DNA of 64,000 nucleotides from Bacilli bacterium (GTDB lineage Bacteria; Bacillota_I; Bacilli_A; RF39; UBA660): NCBI GenBank assembly GCA_900768345.1, contig CAAGCO010000020.1, positions 68,002 to 132,001 of the forward strand, read 5' to 3'. Shown piece by piece: positions 58,441 to 64,000 of this stretch (position 1 is its first letter; each line of letters starts with the position of its first letter). The notes under the pieces were generated by a model. It saw only the letters and a program-made list of their open reading frames with translations, ran no database searches and was not told where the DNA came from. The position numbers and the translations under genes were made by a program.

Positions 58441-59673
58441 TTCATTTAATTTAGATATTGCGTTAATTAAAGCTATTTTACCATAGTCGTAAGTAAGACT
58501 TCCTTGTTGAAATAATACGTATGGTTCTTTAAGTGGACCATCACAAGATATTTCTATAGAACTTCCTTGAACAAAAGAAGCACTAGCCATAATGATCTTG
58601 TCATCATATCCTGGCATATCTGCAGGTATTGGTGAAACATTCGCATCTATTGCACCAGCACCTTGCATACCTTCAGCATATTTAATAATATTATTTTCAT
58701 TTCTAAAATATATTAGTTGTACTATATCAGCACGTTTTTCATTATAAGTAGGGTGTACTTCATATCCTAACTTTTCAAGAACTTTACTAGTAAGAATAGA
58801 AGTTTTTAAAGCAGAAGATATAACACTAGGAGCAAAGTATAAGCCTTGTAAGAATTCACGATTAGCATTCCCACTAGGTCCAACTTCACGTCCTTCACCA
58901 GGAACATTAAGTCTTTCTGCACATAATTCTATTAAGTCATGGCGTCCAGCAATATAACCACCATTACGAGCAATACCGCCACCTAAATTTTTAATTAAAC
59001 TTCCAGCCATTAAGTCAGCACCAACAAAAGTAGGGGTAGTAGTTTCTACAAACTCACAATAGCAATTATCTACAAAAATAATTACATCTTTATTAATTTC
59101 TTTAATAAATTTAATAACTTTCTCTAACTTTTCAATAGTAAGTGATTCTCTTAAAGAGTAACCTCTAGATCTTTGAATGTGTATAGCTTTTATATTATTT
59201 TTAAGTTCTTCTTGAATCTTCTCATAATCAAAATCATTATTGATTAAATCTATTTCTTTATAATTAATTCCATAACTAATAAGTGAACTATTATTAGGCT
59301 TAATACCAATGACTTCATGTAATGTATCATAAGGAGTTCCACTGATAGCTAAAAGTGTATCTCCAGGCCTTAAAATAGCAAATAACGCTGTACTTATTGC
59401 ATGAGTTCCAGATATAATTTGAGTTCTAACTAACGCATCCTCACTATCAAGTACATATGAAAATATTTTTTCTATTTTATCTCTTCCAGTATCATTATAT
59501 CCGTACCCACTGGTACCAAATAAATCGCTTTCACTAATATTTACTTCATGAAAAGCATCAAGTACTTTTTTACTATTAAAATATGTATTTTTATCTATAG
59601 AACTAAATATATCACTTAATTCTTTTTCAGATTCATTTACTAAATCAATATATTTATCATTTAATTTTAACAT
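58438..59673 (-). CDS. PLP-dependent Cys/Met-metabolism enzyme of the YnbB / aluminium-resistance family
   Basis: 411 aa. N-terminal ...FGTSGYGYNDTGRDKIE... typical of the family. Confidence 0.6.
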   Translation of the reverse strand: MLKLNDKYIDLVNESEKELSDIFSSIDKNTYFNSKKVLDAFHEVNISESDLFGTSGYGYNDTGRDKIEKIFSYVLDSEDALVRTQIISGTHAISTALFAILRPGDTLLAISGTPYDTLHEVIGIKPNNSSLISYGINYKEIDLINNDFDYEKIQEELKNNIKAIHIQRSRGYSLRESLTIEKLEKVIKFIKEINKDVIIFVDNCYCEFVETTTPTFVGADLMAGSLIKNLGGGIARNGGYIAGRHDLIELCAERLNVPGEGREVGPSGNANREFLQGLYFAPSVISSALKTSILTSKVLEKLGYEVHPTYNEKRADIVQLIYFRNENNIIKYAEGMQGAGAIDANVSPIPADMPGYDDKIIMASASFVQGSSIEISCDGPLKEPYVLFQQGSLTYDYGKIALINAISKLNE

Positions 59674-60407
59674 CTTTTACCACCATCTATTCTAATTACT
59701 GAATCATTCATATAACTTGCTTCATCACTTGATAAGAAATATACTACATTTGCTATTTCATCTGGATGAGCAAATCTACCAAGTATTATTTTTTCTTCCT
59801 CATCTTTTTTATATTCACTATCTAATTCTTTATTCATAGGTGTATCTATCCAACCAGGACACACAGTATTAACTCTAACTTTACCATTATAATGATTAGC
59901 TAAATTATGACTTAAATTAATTACACCTGCTTTAGAACTATCATAGTCTAAACTATATTCATAATACGTATCAATTCCATTAGTACTACTGATATTAATT
60001 ATATTTCCATATCCCTCTTTTTCCATAATATCACCAAAACACTTAGACATTAAGAAAGTACCAACTAAATTTACTTCTAATATTCTCATAAAGTTATCTT
60101 TAGTTTTATCTTCAAACGTAGTATCTATTGCTATACTAGCATTATTAACTAAAACATCTAACTTATCAAATTTAATCAATATTTCATTTTTTAAATTTTC
60201 TATATCTTTTTCATTACTTATATCACATTTAACTATTAAAGCATTTACTCCATATTTAGAAGTTACTTCTTCTTTTAATTTAATTGCTTCATCTTCATGA
60301 CTTAAATATGTAATAACAACATCATAGTTATTACTAGCATATTTTCTTATTATTGCTGCTCCAAGTCCAATACTTGAACCAGTCACTAAAATACTCTTTC
60401 TATTCAT
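59667..60407 (-). CDS. short-chain dehydrogenase/reductase (SDR) family oxidoreductase
   Basis: Rossmann ILVTGSSIGLGAAI, NNAS, catalytic YxxxK (YDSSK). Confidence 0.8.
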   Translation of the reverse strand: MNRKSILVTGSSIGLGAAIIRKYASNNYDVVITYLSHEDEAIKLKEEVTSKYGVNALIVKCDISNEKDIENLKNEILIKFDKLDVLVNNASIAIDTTFEDKTKDNFMRILEVNLVGTFLMSKCFGDIMEKEGYGNIINISSTNGIDTYYEYSLDYDSSKAGVINLSHNLANHYNGKVRVNTVCPGWIDTPMNKELDSEYKKDEEEKIILGRFAHPDEIANVVYFLSSDEASYMNDSVIRIDGGKRC

Positions 60408-60487
60408 ACTTTTCCTCGCTAACGAGCATATTTTAACATAAAAACGAGTTTTTTTGAAGTCTTAGCTTAATAATTCATAAGTTTCTC

Positions 60488-60516
60488 TTGTCAACTTCAT
60501 TTTTATTTGTTATAAT
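60488..60516 (+). promoter_or_regulatory. promoter for rpmG-efp (TTGTCA-17-TATAAT)
   Basis: Near-consensus hexamers with 17-nt spacer upstream of RBS AAAAAGGAGGAG. Confidence 0.55.
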
Positions 60517-60548
60517 CTTGAGTGTATAAAAAAGGAGGAGAAGTCCAA

Positions 60549-60716
60549 ATGGCAAAGAAAGAAAATAGAGAAGGTATCGCACTACAATGTACTGTTTGTA
60601 AAGAAATCAACTATTTAACTAGTAAAAATAAAAAGAATACTGATGGCAAATTAGAAATTAATAAGTTCTGTTCAAGATGTAATAAGACTACTGCTCATAA
60701 AGAAAAGAAGGCATAG
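60549..60716 (+). CDS. rpmG: 50S ribosomal protein L33
   Basis: [27 protein letters not shown]...[14 protein letters not shown], zinc-ribbon CxxC...CxxC. Start at ATG 60549. Confidence 0.85.
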   Translation: MAKKENREGIALQCTVCKEINYLTSKNKKNTDGKLEINKFCSRCNKTTAHKEKKA

Positions 60717-60722
60717 TAAATT

Positions 60723-61280
60723 ATGTTTAATGTAAATGATATTAAAAACGGAATGACTATTAAGTATGAAGGTAATATTTACCAAGTTGTTGAGTTTCAA
60801 CATGTAAAACCTGGTAAAGGTAGTGCTTTTGTTAAAACAAAGCTTAAAAATTTAAGAGCAGGTACTACTCAAGAAATTACATTCAATGCAGGAATAAAAA
60901 TGGAAAAGGCTGATGTAAGAAAGAATCAACTTTCATATTTATATTCTACCGGAGATGCTTATGTATTTATGGATAATAATACTTATGATCAAATTGAAAT
61001 ACCAGCTGCTTTAGTAGAAAATGAAGCTAAATTCTTAAAAGAAGGTATGAATGTTGAATCTATGGTAATTGAAGGAGAAGTAGTAGGTATTACACTTCCT
61101 GAAAAAGTATCATACAAAGTTATCAGTGCTCCAGAAGCAGTTAAAGGAAATACAACAAGTACTGCACAAAAAGATGTTACTATTGAAACTGGTTATACTC
61201 TAAAAGCTCCATTATTTATTTCTGAAGGAGAAGAAATTGTTATAACTACTCGTGATGGTAAATATTTTAGTAGAGGATAA
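60723..61280 (+). CDS. efp: elongation factor P
   Basis: 185 aa with KPGKG loop (modified Lys region), three OB/KOW-like domains. Confidence 0.85.
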   Translation: MFNVNDIKNGMTIKYEGNIYQVVEFQHVKPGKGSAFVKTKLKNLRAGTTQEITFNAGIKMEKADVRKNQLSYLYSTGDAYVFMDNNTYDQIEIPAALVENEAKFLKEGMNVESMVIEGEVVGITLPEKVSYKVISAPEAVKGNTTSTAQKDVTIETGYTLKAPLFISEGEEIVITTRDGKYFSRG

Positions 61281-61281
61281 G

Positions 61282-61310
61282 AACTAAAGAAATTTAGTTT
61301 TTTCTTTTGG
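61282..61310 (+). terminator. rho-independent terminator after efp
   Basis: aactaaa-gaaa-tttagtt followed by ttttcttt. Confidence 0.6.
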
Positions 61311-61324
61311 AGAAAATTAAATAT

Positions 61325-61560
61325 TTGACAAATTTGAAAAAATAATATATACTTTACTCATTAAGCAAAGACAAAATAATAGTATTTATAAAGGTTATTT
61401 ATAGAAAGTTAGTGGTTGATGGAAACTAATAGATCTTTAATAAAGAAGTTACATATTTTTGAGTTTAAAGGTGATGCTTTATAATCTTTAAGATAGTTTA
61501 ACTATGAAATAAGGTGGTACCACGGAGAAATTCGTCCTTTAATTGGTACCTTTTTTATTG
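61325..61560 (+). promoter_or_regulatory. promoter (TTGACA-17-TATACT) plus T-box riboswitch leader
   Basis: T-box consensus AAaTAaGGTGGTACCaCGG at 61507-61526, followed by a U-run (61551-61556) just before the dut RBS. Confidence 0.55.
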
Positions 61561-61572
61561 GAGGAAAAAAGT

Positions 61573-62058
61573 ATGAGAAAATTTGAGAAAATAAGTTTTG
61601 AACAATTTAAAAAAGATATCAAAGATGATAAAGAACTATATGAAAGCTATTTATTACCAGTACGAAGTACTAAAAGAAGTGCTGGATATGATATTAGAAG
61701 TCTAGAAGAATATACTTTAAAACCTGGAGAATCTAAAGCGTTCACTACAGGGCTTAAAGTTTCTATGAACGAAGATGAAGTATTATATCTATATAGTAGA
61801 AGTAGTATAGGATATAAATATGATGTTTCACTTTCAAATAGTGTAGGTGTTATAGACAGTGATTTCTATAATAATAAAGATAACGAAGGGCATTTTAGAG
61901 TTAAACTAATTAATCATGGAGATAAAGATTTTGAAGTTAAAGTCGGAGATAGAATAGCTCAAGGTGTATTCATGAAATACTTAGTCGTTGATGAAGAAGA
62001 AGAAATAATAAATGAAAGAGAAGGTGGACTAGGTTCCACAAATAAGGAGGGAGAATAA
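61573..62058 (+). CDS. dut: dUTP diphosphatase (dUTPase)
   Basis: Five dUTPase motifs: SAGYDIRS, SRSS, GVIDSDFYNN, RIAQGVF, GGLGSTNK. Start at ATG 61573 after GGAGGAAAAAAG. Confidence 0.75.
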   Translation: MRKFEKISFEQFKKDIKDDKELYESYLLPVRSTKRSAGYDIRSLEEYTLKPGESKAFTTGLKVSMNEDEVLYLYSRSSIGYKYDVSLSNSVGVIDSDFYNNKDNEGHFRVKLINHGDKDFEVKVGDRIAQGVFMKYLVVDEEEEIINEREGGLGSTNKEGE

Positions 62059-62059
62059 T

Positions 62060-63262
62060 ATGACATTTTTCGAAGAATTAGAATGGAGAGGCGTAGTAAA
62101 AGATATAAGTAGTCCTGATTTAAAGGATAAACTAAATAATGAGAGTATGACTTTCTACTTAGGAACAGACCCAACGGCAGACTCATTACATATTGGCCAT
62201 TACGCATCATTCGTAACAGCTAAACGTTTAGCACAACATGGACATCATCCAATTATATTAGTAGGCGGAGCTACAGGATTAATTGGAGATCCAAGACCAA
62301 CTGCTGAAAGAGAAATGATTTCAAAAGAAACAGTAGAAAAAAATATTGAAGGATTAAAACGTCAAGTAACTAAATTACTAGATGGTAAAGCAGAAGTAGT
62401 AAATAACTATGATTGGACTAAAGACGTAACATTCTTAGATTTCTTAAGAGATATAGGAAAATATATAAATGTAAATTACATGCTTAATAAAGATATTATC
62501 GCAAGAAGATTAGATACTGGTATTACATATGCTGAGTTCTCATACACATTACTTCAAGGATTTGACTTCTTACATTTATTCAATAATAAAAATTGTACAC
62601 TTCAAGCAGCAGGGTCAGATCAATGGGGTAATATTACTACAGGTATAGAATTAATTCGTAAAATTGAAGGAAAGGAAGCTTACGGATTTACAATGCCATT
62701 AATACTTGATAGTACTGGTAAAAAGTTTGGTAAAAGTGAAGGAAATGCATTATGGCTTGATAAAGAAAAAACTAGTCCATACAAGATTTACCAATACCTA
62801 ATTAATTCAGATGATTCTAAAGTAGTAGAATATTTAAAAGTATTTACATTCTTAAGTAAAGAAGAAATAGACAAACTAGAAGAAAGTGTTAAAAATGAAC
62901 CAGAAAAGAGACTCGCTCAAAAAGCATTAGCATTTGAAGTAGTAAAAGACTTACATGGAGAAGAAGAAGCAATTAAAGCAAGAAATACTAGCGAAGAATT
63001 ATTTACTAAAGGATACTCTGAAGAAGGTATGGAAGAAGTATTAATCGATATGGATGATGAAATTAATATTTTAGACTTATTAGTTAAATCAACTATAGCT
63101 CCATCAAAGAGTGAAGCAAGAAGACTAGTGCAAGGAAATGGCATTAGTATCAATAATGAAAAAGAAACTAATGAATCAAGAGTGTTTAAAAAGGAAGAAA
63201 TCAAAGATTTAATAATCGGAAAAGGAAAGAAAACACATATAAAAGTTAACTTAACTAAATAA
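62060..63262 (+). CDS. tyrS: tyrosine--tRNA ligase
   Basis: HIGH (SLHIGHY), KMSKS-like KFGKS, C-terminal S4 domain. Starts 1 nt after the dut stop. Confidence 0.9.
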   Translation: MTFFEELEWRGVVKDISSPDLKDKLNNESMTFYLGTDPTADSLHIGHYASFVTAKRLAQHGHHPIILVGGATGLIGDPRPTAEREMISKETVEKNIEGLKRQVTKLLDGKAEVVNNYDWTKDVTFLDFLRDIGKYINVNYMLNKDIIARRLDTGITYAEFSYTLLQGFDFLHLFNNKNCTLQAAGSDQWGNITTGIELIRKIEGKEAYGFTMPLILDSTGKKFGKSEGNALWLDKEKTSPYKIYQYLINSDDSKVVEYLKVFTFLSKEEIDKLEESVKNEPEKRLAQKALAFEVVKDLHGEEEAIKARNTSEELFTKGYSEEGMEEVLIDMDDEINILDLLVKSTIAPSKSEARRLVQGNGISINNEKETNESRVFKKEEIKDLIIGKGKKTHIKVNLTK

Positions 63263-63319
63263 GTTAACTTTTTATTTTGAAAAATATATAAATGATAATA
63301 TAATATAAATGGAGGGAAC

Positions 63320-63883
63320 ATGAAGAAAGAATTATTAAAAGAAATTAGAGAAGAAGTATTGAATATAAAAAAAGCTAACGAAGAGAGAAATAAAAGAAGG
63401 AATAGAATTAGAGAATTAGAAACTAATGAATCAATAAAAGAATATATTAAACTAAGAGGAATCGATACACTAGCGGACTTTACAGAGTCTACTACTGATG
63501 AAAGAACTTTAGCTTCAGAAATATATTATAGATATATACATAGAATAGATAAGGAAGATACAAATGGAATATATGTGTATTTAGGTACTTATAGAGAATC
63601 TTATGAATCTGATATAGTTCATTGTAATGGTGATATAAAAGTAGGATATAATAATCCAAATGCGGAATATAGATTGTATCAAGATTTAGAACAACATAAT
63701 GTTATAACAGTTTCAATAAAAGATTGTGAAGAATTTGAAAAGAGTAATAAAGTTATATTTCCAAAAGGTTATAATTTATGTAAAAGATATTATGAAATTC
63801 AAAAAGATTTTTTTATAGAGGCAATAACAAGTAGCGAAGAAGAAGCTTGTAAATTAATATTAAGAAAAAATAATGCTTTGTAA
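63320..63883 (+). CDS. hypothetical protein
   Basis: 187-aa ORF with RBS GGAGGGAAC. N-terminal coiled-coil-like region. Confidence 0.35.
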   Translation: MKKELLKEIREEVLNIKKANEERNKRRNRIRELETNESIKEYIKLRGIDTLADFTESTTDERTLASEIYYRYIHRIDKEDTNGIYVYLGTYRESYESDIVHCNGDIKVGYNNPNAEYRLYQDLEQHNVITVSIKDCEEFEKSNKVIFPKGYNLCKRYYEIQKDFFIEAITSSEEEACKLILRKNNAL

Positions 63884-64000
63884 ATTATATTTAAAACATA
63901 AAACTAAATAGTAAATAATATTCTTTTATGATATACTATTATATAGAAGGTAGTGATAAAAATGATATTTAAATATTCAAAAGAAAGGCCGATGTACATT

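Noticed and set aside
1-64000. CRISPR arrays, rRNA/tRNA genes, IS elements/transposases/integrases
   Set aside because: I found no regularly spaced direct repeats, no rRNA-like conserved stretches, no convincing cloverleaf candidates, and no DDE/tyrosine-recombinase-like ORFs anywhere in the window.

Overview
This is a very AT-rich window, roughly 70% A+T by eye, from a low-GC Firmicute chromosome. Sporulation gene content (spoIVFA/spoIVFB-like pair, CotY/ExsY-family coat protein, YlbJ/YlbL-like, YjcZ-like tiny protein, LysM/YsxE-like pair) points to a spore-forming Clostridia-type organism.

Most of the window is housekeeping. Recognisable genes include ppdK, rnhC, tmk-thyA-folA, ftsW/rodA-family, ABC-F ATPase, rplS, lepB, rbgA, lon, radC, rplU-prp-rpmA, topA, hup, cca, dnaD-like, nth, recU-ponA, rpsB-tsf, rpsU-yqeY, murG-ftsQ, nfo, rpmG-efp and a T-box leader in front of dut-tyrS. 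No rRNA, tRNA, CRISPR array, transposase or integrase was recognised.

Several accessory pockets interrupt this backbone:
- Island 2.8-6.7 kb: an S41-peptidase-like gene, a cytoplasmic protein with R-S-E-type ADP-ribosyltransferase motifs (ARTT-loop-like FNGEKEIILPP), an ORF split by an in-frame TAA, and an orphan holin plus M23 peptidoglycan hydrolase cassette. This resembles holin-dependent toxin export loci.
- Cluster 15.6-19.8 kb: an ADP-ribosyltransferase-fold protein (LLHGT...GL motif shared by PARP and Tpt1), a P-loop kinase, a NUDIX hydrolase and a repeat-containing membrane protein.
- Block 27.4-29.8 kb: three prepilin-type genes with no assembly machinery in view, plus a solitary pilin at 56.6 kb.
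- Pair 43.8-46.0 kb: two secreted proteins sharing a highly conserved ~95-aa C-terminal two-helix Cys-containing domain, one of them with a large Cys-rich ectodomain.
- Module 51.0-54.1 kb: acyltransferase, acyl-CoA synthetase and acyltransferase genes with overlapping reading frames.

All calls come from reading motifs in the supplied translations and the DNA. No database searches were run.
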